From an uncultured Clostridia bacterium (GTDB taxonomy: Bacteria; Bacillota; Clostridia; Christensenellales; UBA1242): a stretch of 64,000 nucleotides of DNA. The stretch spans positions 18,970 to 82,969 of the forward strand of contig CALWQM010000011.1 of the NCBI GenBank assembly GCA_944383685.1. The letters are read 5' to 3'. Position 1 is the stretch's first letter. Every line of letters begins with the position of its first letter. A program made the translations under genes and the position numbers. The notes under the pieces were generated by a model that saw only the letters and a list, made by a program, of their open reading frames with translations, was not told the origin of the DNA and made no database searches. Of the stretch, positions 27,479-37,507 are shown piece by piece.

Positions 27479-28972
27479 TTACATGAGTTTTGAACTGTCG
27501 GCTGTTTGAACAACTTTCAAGATATTTTCTTCAACACCTGTTTGGGCATTAAAGTAGAAATAATATGTTATACCTTCTTTTTCGCATTGATATTCATAGC
27601 ACAAAACTTCTCTGTTATATTCAAGTGGTGCTAAGCACAATCTCTTAGACTTAACTGTAAATCCATCAGGTATTTTTACTGTGATATTTCCTGCTTTTTT
27701 AATATCTCTATTTGCTTCTAAATTGGTCCAATAAGTTATTGCATCATAACCAATCACATTCCCGTGTTCCATATCAACTTTAACTTTAACAAGTTCAGGA
27801 TAGATAATAACACCATCTTTCACTGTTGCAATGTTAAAGTAAGCTTGATTGTCAAGTTCTTCACTCCAAACAACTTCGGCATTTTTAACACCATTTCTGT
27901 TTGCAAACTCCAATGCCACCTTTTCACCAGTAGCCATGTCGATATTTTTCATATCACTTTCGTTTTGTCCACTAACTGTTAAAATATGTCCGCCTGTTTT
28001 GGTCACTTGGATATAAAGATTTTGTTCATCAGTAGTTTTAATCTTATAGTTATAAGTTTCAAATCTGCCATTAGTTTCACCCTCATAACTTATATTTGAA
28101 ATGTTTTTGAATACTTCATCAATCTCTTTAACTGCATCATCTTTTGAAATTGTGCTTCCACTTAGTCCTGTAATTTTTTGATTTACAACAGAATCCGAAA
28201 ATGGTCCATCATAAATCATGGTTGGATAATCAGTTTCATTTGATTTTATTTGACTGAAATCAATAGAAAAATTATTTAACTCGCCATTCATTTGATTGCT
28301 TGCATCCAAAATGCTGTAACCATTACGCATATTCATTGACATTCGGTTCAAATTTTGCTTCATGCTGATTAGTGTGTCATGAAGTTCACTTAATGTGGCA
28401 AGTTCGTCAGCAGTTAAACTTTCCCCTTTACTCACTTTATCTTCAAGTGTTGCTGTGTAGCCTGAAAGTTGATTCACAAAACGCACACTTTCAAGCACAT
28501 TCTCGCCATTAACTGGCAAGTATGAAATGTTGTTTTGCATATTTTTTGAAGAATTAGCGATTTCCATAAGAAGCTTTTTTTGATAAGACGCACTTGATGC
28601 GTTCAAAAGTTTACTCATATCATTGTCTGTATTATTTACATTGTCAACAAGTTCATAATAGTTTTTTTGATAAACATTTTCAAGTTGTGTTCCATAAGCA
28701 TTTGCTTGCGACTGTGTGATACCATAAGCAACACCGAGGCCCAAAGTGGTTGCCGCCAAAATGCTAACAGCAACTGTTAAACCAATAACAGCACTCTTAT
28801 ACTTTTTAATACGTTCACTTCTTGCGCGTTCTCTTTTTTCATTTCTCTCTCTGCGTCTTCTTTGTTGCCTATTGTAATGATAATTTTCTGTTTGAAAGTT
28901 ATCCCCACTCATAACATTTTTTTCATTATATGTATTATTGTTCATATTTTCATTTTTAGAAACATTATTCAT
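27479..28972 (-). CDS. ypeB: Germination protein YpeB
   Basis: N-terminal TM helix, long coiled region and PepSY-like C-terminal repeats. Directly downstream of sleB. Confidence 0.75.
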   Translation of the reverse strand: MNNVSKNENMNNNTYNEKNVMSGDNFQTENYHYNRQQRRRRERNEKRERARSERIKKYKSAVIGLTVAVSILAATTLGLGVAYGITQSQANAYGTQLENVYQKNYYELVDNVNNTDNDMSKLLNASSASYQKKLLMEIANSSKNMQNNISYLPVNGENVLESVRFVNQLSGYTATLEDKVSKGESLTADELATLSELHDTLISMKQNLNRMSMNMRNGYSILDASNQMNGELNNFSIDFSQIKSNETDYPTMIYDGPFSDSVVNQKITGLSGSTISKDDAVKEIDEVFKNISNISYEGETNGRFETYNYKIKTTDEQNLYIQVTKTGGHILTVSGQNESDMKNIDMATGEKVALEFANRNGVKNAEVVWSEELDNQAYFNIATVKDGVIIYPELVKVKVDMEHGNVIGYDAITYWTNLEANRDIKKAGNITVKIPDGFTVKSKRLCLAPLEYNREVLCYEYQCEKEGITYYFYFNAQTGVEENILKVVQTADSSKLM

Positions 28973-28981
28973 ACCACCCTC

Positions 28982-29656
28982 CTAAATTGCAAACACATGG
29001 TTACCAATAGTAACAACTGTTTTTCTAGAATATATCCAAGAACTTGTTGCGGTGCTTGCATTATAATAATACAAACTTCCATAAGTTGGGTCCCATCCAT
29101 TCAATGCATCTCTTGCAGCATTATAAGCTGTTTGATTTGGTTCAAGATTGATTTGTCCATCACTAACCGCCGTGAAAGCATAAGGTTGATAGATAACACC
29201 AGCAATGGTATTAGGGAATTTTTCACTTTCCACACGGTTTAAAATAACAGCGGCAACAGCAACCTGTCCAACATAACTTTCACCCCTTGCCTCAGCATAG
29301 ACACATTTTGCAAGAAGATATAAATCATTGTTTGAAACTGAATTATCATCACTTTTGATTGTAAAACCAATGGCAGCAGCGGTTTTAGGTCCAACAATAC
29401 CATCCACAGCAAGCCCATTTTTTTGTTGAAAGAGCCTTACAGCACTTCTTGTTTTACTGCCGTATATTCCATCAACATTTCCAGTGTAATATCCCCAATT
29501 TTTTAACCTTTGTTGAACAAGTCTTGTTTCACTTGTTGAAATTGCAGCAACAGTCACATTTTCTGGTTGGTATGTATTTATAGCCAATGCAGTCATGCCA
29601 ATGCCAGCAACTATAAACACAAAAACACTTAAAATTGCAAATAATCGTTTTTTCAT
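28982..29656 (-). CDS. sleB: Spore cortex-lytic enzyme SleB
   Basis: PG-binding repeat (LKNWGYYTGNVDGIYGSKTRSAVRLFQ) plus a hydrolase_2 domain (AEARGE...AVAAVILNRV). Confidence 0.85.
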   Translation of the reverse strand: MKKRLFAILSVFVFIVAGIGMTALAINTYQPENVTVAAISTSETRLVQQRLKNWGYYTGNVDGIYGSKTRSAVRLFQQKNGLAVDGIVGPKTAAAIGFTIKSDDNSVSNNDLYLLAKCVYAEARGESYVGQVAVAAVILNRVESEKFPNTIAGVIYQPYAFTAVSDGQINLEPNQTAYNAARDALNGWDPTYGSLYYYNASTATSSWIYSRKTVVTIGNHVFAI

Positions 29657-29664
29657 TTTTCCTC

Positions 29665-30186
29665 CTAATTTATGATATTATTTATAATTTCCCAAATTTT
29701 TGAAATATAAACATAATTTTGGGAATTTTTTGATTCAAGAAAACAAAAAGGAGGATAAACAACACACCACCAATTATCACCTTTGCCCGTTCCAAGTGCA
29801 AGAATAAGGGCATCATAAAACCCTTCTTCAAGCACCAAATCGTCATATTCTCTTGTTGGAAATTCTTCAAAAGAAATGTATGCTTTGCTTTTATAAGAAA
29901 AACCATTTTGCTTCAAAACATCATTTGCAACCGCTTCAATATTTTCAAGTTGCTCATTCATAAGATTTTCCGCTTCTTCCTTTGTTTCCGCTTCACTTAA
30001 AATTGGAATAAGAAAATCAACCACTGCATCTTTAACAATATATTTAACATTTTGGTCCGCACTTGAATTTGAATTTGCACGTATGTGAATCCTAAAATAC
30101 TCCTCCTGTGTCCCACCAATATTTCCACAAAAAACTAAAATTAAAACTATAACAACTGCACTTATAAATGAAAGAAAATATTTCAT
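29665..30186 (-). CDS. spoIIR: Stage II sporulation protein R
   Basis: FRIHIRANSNS..DQ..K and GDNWWCVVYPPFCF motifs. Confidence 0.8.
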   Translation of the reverse strand: MKYFLSFISAVVIVLILVFCGNIGGTQEEYFRIHIRANSNSSADQNVKYIVKDAVVDFLIPILSEAETKEEAENLMNEQLENIEAVANDVLKQNGFSYKSKAYISFEEFPTREYDDLVLEEGFYDALILALGTGKGDNWWCVVYPPFCFLESKNSQNYVYISKIWEIINNIIN

Positions 30187-30331
30187 AAAAAACCTCTTAA
30201 AAGAAATTTTGACTGTTTTTTATTAAAAATTAAAGATTTTATGTGATTTTTATGAAAATTTTGTCATTTTTAGCTTAAAAATAAAAGACTGTTTTTTTAA
30301 CAGCCTTTTACTTGAAGGGTATATCTCTCAT

Positions 30332-31849
30332 TTACTTTGTCTTTTGGTAATATAGAATAACATTTGTATCTTCTGCAAGAGGGAAGGAAACTTCTGGATT
30401 TTGAATCATTAACATTTCTTCCCTAACTTTAAATTTCTTTGCAATGTCCCATGCTTCCATGTCTTTTTTAGCATAAATAAGTTCAATCTCACAATCTCTT
30501 TCAATTGGCTCACCCTGAGTGCTGACAGAATTAATAACAGCAGAAACTTCTTCGCAATCATAATTAACATGAATTTTAAGCTTGCCATCAAAGAATAAAT
30601 CTCTACCCTTTCGAACAACAACATCCACATCATAAAGCACAGCACAAACAGAAATTTCTGGGTTTTCACACAAAGAAGTTGTTTTATCGCTTACAACAAA
30701 TGGAACTTCAACAGTCACTGAATTGTTTGAATTTTCTTCATCATTAAGGTAAACAACATTCGCCTTTGCAACACCTTCAACAAAAATCTCCCCATTTTGA
30801 ATATATGCATTTGAGATTGATAAATTTGTGCCAGCAATAAAAAGAATTTTATCAACTCTTGGCTTATCGTCTCCAAGTGACAAGTTGCCATCAATTTTTG
30901 CTTCAAAATAATCTGCGTTAAGTTCCCTTGTCATGTCAAAAGACTCAGTTGAAACTTCCAATTCTTCACAAGTGCTGTAAATATCTTTGATGACATTTAC
31001 TGGCTTTTCCTCGTATGCACAAACTTTAATATCAACAGGAACGCTAATCTTAATGATAACACCTTTTTCCTGTTCAGTCACTTCACACTTAACTTGCCCT
31101 TTCTTAACTTTTGCTTCCGCCTCGGCAATAGAATCTTTTGAAACACCTTCAAGTTCAATTTCCTCTTTAAAATTTTCAGTGACATAAGAAGTTTCATATC
31201 TATCATTTTCAGTTAAATATAAAAGTCTGTTGATAACTTCCCCTGAAACTGAAACAAAATTGACACCACTTTCAACATCTTTGACAGAAACTTGGCTGTC
31301 GCATAACATCACTTTCTTGATTGGTTCTTTAATTGAAACTTCGCTGTCCATATTAAAGATTTCATTGCTTTGACCAATGAATGTGGAAACAAAAATTTCC
31401 TCTTTTTTAGAGCAAACATTGTCATCATTGCAATCAATTGTTTCAACATCTTTGCAAAAAATGATAACGCCCTTTTGCTGAACAACACAATTTATTTTAA
31501 TGTTTGAACTTGTCACACTGTCGATGGAATAATCAACAACTTCGCAACTTATTCCCACTTTGTCGCCCACGGAAAGTTGAGAATCTTCAAACTTTGAAGA
31601 AAATGGGCAGGTAGAATTTATTGTTAAAATTTCTCCATCCACACCTTGATACAAAATGCAAAAATCAATATTGCCGTTGAAATTTACAATTCCATTCAAA
31701 ATCTCAGCATTTTCAACTTGTGCTGTGTGACAAACAGAAAAAATCTTGTCAATTTCTGCTTCCACTGGAACATTACATTCCACTTTAAATTCACTCTTTT
31801 GCAATCTTTTTTTCTTTACCACCTGAAATTTGTTTTTCTCAAAAGACAT
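30332..31849 (-). CDS. DUF3794/SPOCS-domain protein with a LysM-like C-terminus (possible spore coat assembly factor)
   Basis: Repeated beta-rich modules typical of DUF3794. C-terminal YAKKDMEAWDIAKKFKV resembles LysM. Family assignment from memory only. Confidence 0.55.
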   Translation of the reverse strand: MSFEKNKFQVVKKKRLQKSEFKVECNVPVEAEIDKIFSVCHTAQVENAEILNGIVNFNGNIDFCILYQGVDGEILTINSTCPFSSKFEDSQLSVGDKVGISCEVVDYSIDSVTSSNIKINCVVQQKGVIIFCKDVETIDCNDDNVCSKKEEIFVSTFIGQSNEIFNMDSEVSIKEPIKKVMLCDSQVSVKDVESGVNFVSVSGEVINRLLYLTENDRYETSYVTENFKEEIELEGVSKDSIAEAEAKVKKGQVKCEVTEQEKGVIIKISVPVDIKVCAYEEKPVNVIKDIYSTCEELEVSTESFDMTRELNADYFEAKIDGNLSLGDDKPRVDKILFIAGTNLSISNAYIQNGEIFVEGVAKANVVYLNDEENSNNSVTVEVPFVVSDKTTSLCENPEISVCAVLYDVDVVVRKGRDLFFDGKLKIHVNYDCEEVSAVINSVSTQGEPIERDCEIELIYAKKDMEAWDIAKKFKVREEMLMIQNPEVSFPLAEDTNVILYYQKTK

Positions 31850-31985
31850 AACCCCTCCAATTTCAAAACTATTATAATATACTTGCCAAACCTTCTCATT
31901 AGAACAAAAAAGTTTAATTTTTGTTTAATTGGTAAAAATTTATTAAGAAATTACACTTTCTAATCAAAGTTTAAAAGAGGCTAAA

Positions 31986-32228
31986 ATGAGAAAAATTAAA
32001 TATGGTTTAAATGAAGTCAAAGAAAAAATTAGAAATCTTAAAGGACAAGAACTTACCATGAGTATAAATAGGGGAAGAAAAAAAATAGACACTGTCACTG
32101 CCACCATAAAAGACATATATCCAAGCGTGTTCACAATTAAGACCACCGATGAAAAACTTCAAACTTTCTCCTACTTTGATGTTCTTTGTGGGGATATTGT
32201 GTTTAGTGGAAGTGGCGAAACTTTATAA
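31986..32228 (+). CDS. veg: Veg family protein
   Basis: 80 aa. G..L.......GR.K.....G.I...YPSVF.I pattern matches B. subtilis Veg. Confidence 0.8.
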   Translation: MRKIKYGLNEVKEKIRNLKGQELTMSINRGRKKIDTVTATIKDIYPSVFTIKTTDEKLQTFSYFDVLCGDIVFSGSGETL

Positions 32229-32258
32229 AGTTATGAAATAAAATTTTAAAAATTTCTA

Positions 32259-32290
32259 TTGACAAAATCCCCCCCCCGATATGATATAAT
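32259..32290 (+). promoter_or_regulatory. Sigma-A-type promoter with a C9 tract in the spacer
   Basis: TTGACA (32259-32264) aaat CCCCCCCCC (32269-32277) gatatga TATAAT (32285-32290). Spacer is 20 nt. TGaTATAAT gives an extended -10. Confidence 0.55.
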
Positions 32291-32310
32291 CTTTTCAAAG
32301 GAGAAAGTTA

Positions 32311-32889
32311 ATGAAAAATTATATCACTTATGAATTAATAAACAGTCCAATAAGAAGATGTGGTGGATATGGAAAAGCTAATGGTTGCACAGAAGAACAA
32401 ACAGCATTTGGAAATTATTTATATGCAATAGAACTTTTGTCCGGAACATACAATCACCCAAACAAGGTTTATGCACAAGGCAAAATTGATATGGCAAAAG
32501 ATGTTCTTGAAGATATCGCACATGCCTGCATAGACAAAGATAACATGAAAGTAAATTTCGATGATAAGACTTTTGCTAAGAATTATGCAACCGGTTATCT
32601 TTTTAGTATTGGCGGACTTATGCCATATGTAATTCAATATGTTGCATTAAAAGATGGGCTTGCCTTTGAATTTAATAATGATAATGGTTACTCACTTAAT
32701 AATGTTGATTTAAAAAAAGTTGAACCTGTAAAAGATGAAGATATGATTAAATCTGTTGTTGTAACACTTAATGTTCAAAGAGCAAAAACTCGCGAAGAAA
32801 ACCCAGAATTAAAATTCAATAAAAATTATCAACCTTTACCACTTAATGACTATATACCAGACGAAAATGCTACAAATAAACAACTTTAA
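32311..32889 (+). CDS. Uncharacterised protein, paralog family member 2 (192 aa)
   Basis: AAGGAGA RBS. Aligns with the 5435-6128 product (AFxNYLxAI, YxQGxID, MPxVIxYVALKxG, YSL blocks). Confidence 0.6.
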   Translation: MKNYITYELINSPIRRCGGYGKANGCTEEQTAFGNYLYAIELLSGTYNHPNKVYAQGKIDMAKDVLEDIAHACIDKDNMKVNFDDKTFAKNYATGYLFSIGGLMPYVIQYVALKDGLAFEFNNDNGYSLNNVDLKKVEPVKDEDMIKSVVVTLNVQRAKTREENPELKFNKNYQPLPLNDYIPDENATNKQL

Positions 32890-32915
32890 AAATAATATAA
32901 TAAATATTAAACATG

Positions 32916-32947
32916 AAAAAAGCAGTTCAAAAATCGAACTGCTTTTT
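32916..32947. terminator. Bidirectional terminator
   Basis: AAAAAAGCAGTTCaaaaatcGAACTGCTTTTT. Confidence 0.7.
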
Positions 32948-32965
32948 ATTTATTTTCAAATCTCT

Positions 32966-33511
32966 TTATGAATTTGATTTACTTTCTTCAATGTATTCTT
33001 TAATTTTTTTATAGGTTTCATAAGGATTTGTGATACTTGCAAAAACAACCCCTCCACCTGTCTGGTTATTTATTGGGCTTGACATACTTCCAAAACGAAT
33101 TGAGCCAGTATTTTTGTGAACTAATTTGTCTATAAAACTTACATTAACATCGAATGCGCCAATCATTTTTATATCAAGGGATTTATAATCAACTCCAATA
33201 ATTCCAGTTCTAACAATCACACGCTTATTTGAGTATGCAAAATATGTTTTTTTGTAATACATTGCTGTGAATATTAATATTATCGCTTCAAGCACAATCA
33301 AAATTCCAACTGGAACAAGCACCCAAATTGGATTGATTGGAGTAACTCCCTCCTCAGGAACAAATATTGCTAAACAAGCAATTGCAAACATGAATAATAA
33401 AAACAAAAAGGATGAGATAAATGATGACAAAAATACTTTTGCTCTATTTGGCTTAAATACTTCCATAATTTTTTCGTTTTTATCAAGTATTGGTTCAAAA
33501 ATTTTATCCAT
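32966..33511 (-). CDS. PH-domain (bPH_2/YdbS-like) membrane protein
   Basis: Two TM helices followed by YSNKRVIVRTGIIGVDYKSLDI. Confidence 0.65.
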   Translation of the reverse strand: MDKIFEPILDKNEKIMEVFKPNRAKVFLSSFISSFLFLLFMFAIACLAIFVPEEGVTPINPIWVLVPVGILIVLEAIILIFTAMYYKKTYFAYSNKRVIVRTGIIGVDYKSLDIKMIGAFDVNVSFIDKLVHKNTGSIRFGSMSSPINNQTGGGVVFASITNPYETYKKIKEYIEESKSNS

Positions 33512-33573
33512 AACAACCCCTATAGAGATATTATATCATATATCATAAACTATTTCAAAATAAATAATTCAAA

Positions 33574-34476
33574 CTAATTTAAATTGTGTTTATTTTTGTC
33601 CCCTGCATTCACTTTTTGAACAAAAATATTTCTTTCTTCAATAAGTTTATAGGCTTCTTGAATATCATTACTTATTAAAGGAGTTTCATCTTTAATATAA
33701 AGTTTATTAATGTGATGTCTAACTCGTTTTACATTTAAAAATTTTCTAAGTTCTTTATTTAAAATGTTTAAGTTTTCATCTTTAAGTTCTCCAACAAAAA
33801 TTTCATTATTTACTCTTTCATTCTTGTCAAAACAGCTATAAGTTTCGCCATTCATTTTATATTTAAAAGTCCCTGAACCACCCTTTTTCAAGTTGTCATA
33901 CATTGTTTGTATAAAGCCAGCAAAATGATTGTCACTTGTAAAATAGTCATCATTATAGGTTAATCTTGCCATTGATTTAAGTTTTTCGTCTTTGATTTCA
34001 TTAATTTTATTTACAAGTTTTTGTAATTCCACAACACGTTTTTTGTCTTGGCAAGAAGTTACAGCATTATCCAACACAACTTCGGTTAAATAGTTAAGAT
34101 AATCATAGGTCTTTATAGTATTAACTAAATCATAAGATTTTTTTGCCATAACGTATCTAAAAACTTCTCTGTAAGTTTCTTTATCTGCATTATGCCTTAT
34201 ATTTTCTAAAAAGCTAATCGTTTGAGAAGAGGAAATATTCTTAATTAAAAAATTATTAAGTATCCTTATTTTTTCCTCTTGGCTACACGAAGAATAATAA
34301 GAATTTTCACCACCAAAGACCAAGCCAGCATAAGAATTTGCCAAACATTTTGTGTTGAAAGCCCTTTCTTCCTTTCTTATCCTTTTCCCTTCAACATTAA
34401 AACCATTCAAACACACTTTAAATGCTTGATAAAAATTATTAATCTTTTCAATATCAAATTGTTCTTTATCGTCCAT
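33574..34476 (-). CDS. Hypothetical protein (300 aa)
   Basis: Long ORF with a GGAG RBS. No family recognised. Confidence 0.5.
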   Translation of the reverse strand: MDDKEQFDIEKINNFYQAFKVCLNGFNVEGKRIRKEERAFNTKCLANSYAGLVFGGENSYYSSCSQEEKIRILNNFLIKNISSSQTISFLENIRHNADKETYREVFRYVMAKKSYDLVNTIKTYDYLNYLTEVVLDNAVTSCQDKKRVVELQKLVNKINEIKDEKLKSMARLTYNDDYFTSDNHFAGFIQTMYDNLKKGGSGTFKYKMNGETYSCFDKNERVNNEIFVGELKDENLNILNKELRKFLNVKRVRHHINKLYIKDETPLISNDIQEAYKLIEERNIFVQKVNAGDKNKHNLN

Positions 34477-34701
34477 TAAATTTATCTCCTAATATTATAA
34501 AAGTGCTTTTATTATACCATAAAAAAGATTGGCTTTTCAAGATATTAACATATATTTATATGATTAAAAGGAATATTTGACATATAAATTCACTTCACTG
34601 ACAAAACTAAAATTACAACTATATAAAATTTTATTTGTTTCAAATATTTCAAAATAAAAAAACACCTCTTTTTCAAGAAGTGTTCTTTATTTTTATTAAG
34701 C

Positions 34702-37329
34702 TTATTTCTTTCTTGGATATTTAATGTTTGCTTGTGCAGCTGCAAGACGTGCAATTGGCACTCTGTATGGAGAACAAGAAACATAGTTAAGCCCAATTCT
34801 GTGGCAGAATTCAACAGATGATGGGTCTCCACCATGTTCACCGCAGATACCAAGCTTGATGTCTGGTCTTGTGCTTCTTCCAAGTTCAGCAGCAATACGA
34901 ACAAGTTTGCCAACGCCATTTTGGTCAAGACGAGCAAATGGGTCGCTTTCAAATATCTTCTTTTCGTAATAAACATCAAGGAATTTGCCAGCATCATCAC
35001 GAGAGAAGCCATAAGTCATTTGAGTTAAATCGTTTGTTCCAAATGAGAAAAATTCAGCATATTTAGCAATTTGATCTGCTGTGATTGCAGCTCTTGGAAT
35101 TTCAATCATTGTTCCAACTTTGTAATGCATGTCAACTTTCTTGTCAGCAATAATTCTGTCAGCAGTTTCAGTTACAATATCTTTAACATACTTAAATTCT
35201 TTGCTGTCGCAAGTAAGAGGAATCATAATTTCAGGAACAACTGTGAAACCTTCTTCTTTTTCAACTTCAATAGCGGCTGTAATAACAGCTTCTGTTTGCA
35301 TTCTTGCAATTTCTGGGTAAGTAACAGCAAGACGAAGTCCACGGTGACCCATCATTGGGTTAAATTCATGCAAACTTTCAACAGTTGCTTTAAGGCTTTC
35401 AAAAGTGAGCCCCATTTCTTTTGCAAGAGTTTTGATTTCATCATCTTCATGAGGTAAAAATTCGTGAAGAGGTGGATCCAAGAAACGAATTGTAACTGGA
35501 CGACCTTTCATTGCTTTAAATATACCTTTGAAATCTTTCTTTTGCATTGGAAGAAGTTTTTTAAGAGCTTTTTCTCTTTCTTCTGTTGTTGTTGAAACAA
35601 TCATTTCTCTAACAGCAGGGATTCTGTCTGCTTCAAAGAACATATGTTCAGTTCTGCAAAGACCAACACCTTCTGCACCAAAAGAGAATGCAACAGATGC
35701 ATCACGAGGATTGTCAGCATTTGTTCTAATGTTTAATTTTCTATATTTATCGGCCCATTCCATGATTGTTGCAAATTCACCAACAATTTTTGCAGGTTCT
35801 GTTGCAATAGCTCCATCATAAATTTTACCAGTTGAGCCATCAAATGAAATTACATCGCCTTCTTTATATTTCTTTCCACCAAGAGTGAATGATTTGCCAT
35901 CGTCAGCAAATTTAATTTGAGAGCAACCTGCAACACAGCATGTTCCCATACCACGAGCAACAACGGCAGCGTGAGATGTCATACCACCACGTGCTGTTAA
36001 GATACCTTGTGATGCAGCCATACCTTCAATATCTTCTGGTGAGGTTTCAAGTCTAACAAGAACAACCTTTTCCTTCTTTCCTTCTTCTTTTGCCTTTTCA
36101 GCAGTAAAGCAAATCTTACCACTTGCAGCACCAGGAGAAGCAGGAAGAGCCTCGCCAATAACAGTTGCTTTCTTAATTGCACTTTCGTCAAATGTTGGGT
36201 GAAGAAGTGCATCAAGTTGTTTAGGGTCAATCATAAGAAGAGCATCTTTTTCTGAGATTTTACCTTCTTTAACAAGATCAACGGCAATTTTAAGAGCAGC
36301 TTTTGCAGTTCTTTTACCATTTCTTGTTTGAAGCATATAGAGTTTACCTCTTTCAATAGTAAATTCCATATCTTGCATATCTTTATAGTGGTCTTCAAGT
36401 TTAGTTGCAATAGCAACAAATTCTTTGTAAACTTCTGGATTTTGTTCTTCAAGTTTAGCGATTGGTTGTGGAGTTCTAATACCAGCAACAACGTCTTCGC
36501 CTTGTGCGTTCATAAGGTATTCACCATAGAGAGCATTATCACCAGTTGAAGGGTTTCTTGTGAAAGCAACACCTGTTCCTGAATCTTCGCCCATGTTACC
36601 AAATACCATTGATTGAACGTTTACAGCAGTTCCCCAGTTATATGGAATGTCATGCATTCTTCTGTAAACATTTGCTCTTTCGTTATCCCAAGAACGGAAA
36701 ACAGCTTTAACAGCTTCAATAAGTTGAACTTTTGGATCTTGTGGGAATTCTTGTTTTTGTCCTTCTTTATAAAGTTTCTTGAAGAGTTTAACAATTTCTT
36801 TTAAGTCGTCAGCACTTAAATCTTTATCAAACTTAACCCCTTTCTTTTCTTTGATTTCATCCAAAATTCTCTCATATTTTGATTTGTCTTGTTGCATAAC
36901 AACATCACTGAACATTTGGATGAAACGACGATATGAGTCGTAAGCAAAACGAGGATTGTTTGTTAGATTTGCAAGTCCTTCAACAACTTCATCGTTAAGA
37001 CCAAGGTTTAAGATTGTGTCCATCATACCTGGCATTGAAACTCTTGCACCAGAACGAACTGAAACAAGAAGTGGATTTGATGCATCACCAAATTTCTTTC
37101 CTGTCATTTTTTCAATTTGAGCAAGTTTTTGATAAATTTGAGCAACAATGCCATCATTTATCATTTTGCCATCTTCATAATATTTTGTGCAGGCTTCTGT
37201 TGTGATTGTGAAGCCTTGTGGAACTGGAAGACCAATTCTTGTCATCTCAGCAAGGTTAGCACCTTTACCACCAAAAAGGGCTTTATTATTTCCTTTTGCC
37301 TCTTTAAAAAGATAAACGTATTTTTTCAT
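34702..37329 (-). CDS. ppdK: Pyruvate, phosphate dikinase
   Basis: 875 aa. GGKGANLAEM, GGMTSHAAVVARG (phospho-His), CGEHGGDP motifs. Confidence 0.97.
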   Translation of the reverse strand: MKKYVYLFKEAKGNNKALFGGKGANLAEMTRIGLPVPQGFTITTEACTKYYEDGKMINDGIVAQIYQKLAQIEKMTGKKFGDASNPLLVSVRSGARVSMPGMMDTILNLGLNDEVVEGLANLTNNPRFAYDSYRRFIQMFSDVVMQQDKSKYERILDEIKEKKGVKFDKDLSADDLKEIVKLFKKLYKEGQKQEFPQDPKVQLIEAVKAVFRSWDNERANVYRRMHDIPYNWGTAVNVQSMVFGNMGEDSGTGVAFTRNPSTGDNALYGEYLMNAQGEDVVAGIRTPQPIAKLEEQNPEVYKEFVAIATKLEDHYKDMQDMEFTIERGKLYMLQTRNGKRTAKAALKIAVDLVKEGKISEKDALLMIDPKQLDALLHPTFDESAIKKATVIGEALPASPGAASGKICFTAEKAKEEGKKEKVVLVRLETSPEDIEGMAASQGILTARGGMTSHAAVVARGMGTCCVAGCSQIKFADDGKSFTLGGKKYKEGDVISFDGSTGKIYDGAIATEPAKIVGEFATIMEWADKYRKLNIRTNADNPRDASVAFSFGAEGVGLCRTEHMFFEADRIPAVREMIVSTTTEEREKALKKLLPMQKKDFKGIFKAMKGRPVTIRFLDPPLHEFLPHEDDEIKTLAKEMGLTFESLKATVESLHEFNPMMGHRGLRLAVTYPEIARMQTEAVITAAIEVEKEEGFTVVPEIMIPLTCDSKEFKYVKDIVTETADRIIADKKVDMHYKVGTMIEIPRAAITADQIAKYAEFFSFGTNDLTQMTYGFSRDDAGKFLDVYYEKKIFESDPFARLDQNGVGKLVRIAAELGRSTRPDIKLGICGEHGGDPSSVEFCHRIGLNYVSCSPYRVPIARLAAAQANIKYPRKK

Positions 37330-37366
37330 AAAATCTCCTTTATTAATACGACTTAATTATACAAAA

Positions 37367-37402
37367 AAATATTGTGACAAGGCAAACAAAATCACAATAT
37401 TT
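37367..37402. promoter_or_regulatory. Perfect 11-bp inverted repeat over the ppdK -35 region (candidate operator)
   Basis: AAATATTGTGA-N14-TCACAATATTT. TTGCCT-18-TATAAT lies downstream on the minus strand. The arms equal NrdR-box half sites. Confidence 0.4.
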
Positions 37403-37507
37403 TCTAAATTATTTTATATTTTTTTGTTATTTTATCATATTTATAGTTTTAATTTTTTCATTTATCCTTTTTTAGATTCCTAAAAGATAATAAATGATTA
37501 AAAAAAC

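Noticed and set aside
34590-37356. Many 60-140-aa ORFs on both strands inside ppdK (for example 34590-35012, 35071-35457, 36231-36491).
   Set aside because: All are nested in or antisense to a full-length, motif-complete 875-aa PPDK ORF. They have low-complexity, unnatural composition and no RBS, so they are shadow ORFs.
37367-37402. The inverted repeat TGTGA...TCACA upstream of ppdK, considered as a CRP/FNR-family site or a cre (CcpA) site.
   Set aside because: CRP/FNR sites have TGTGA-N6-TCACA spacing and here it is N14. The cre consensus TGWAANCGNTNWCA is not matched.
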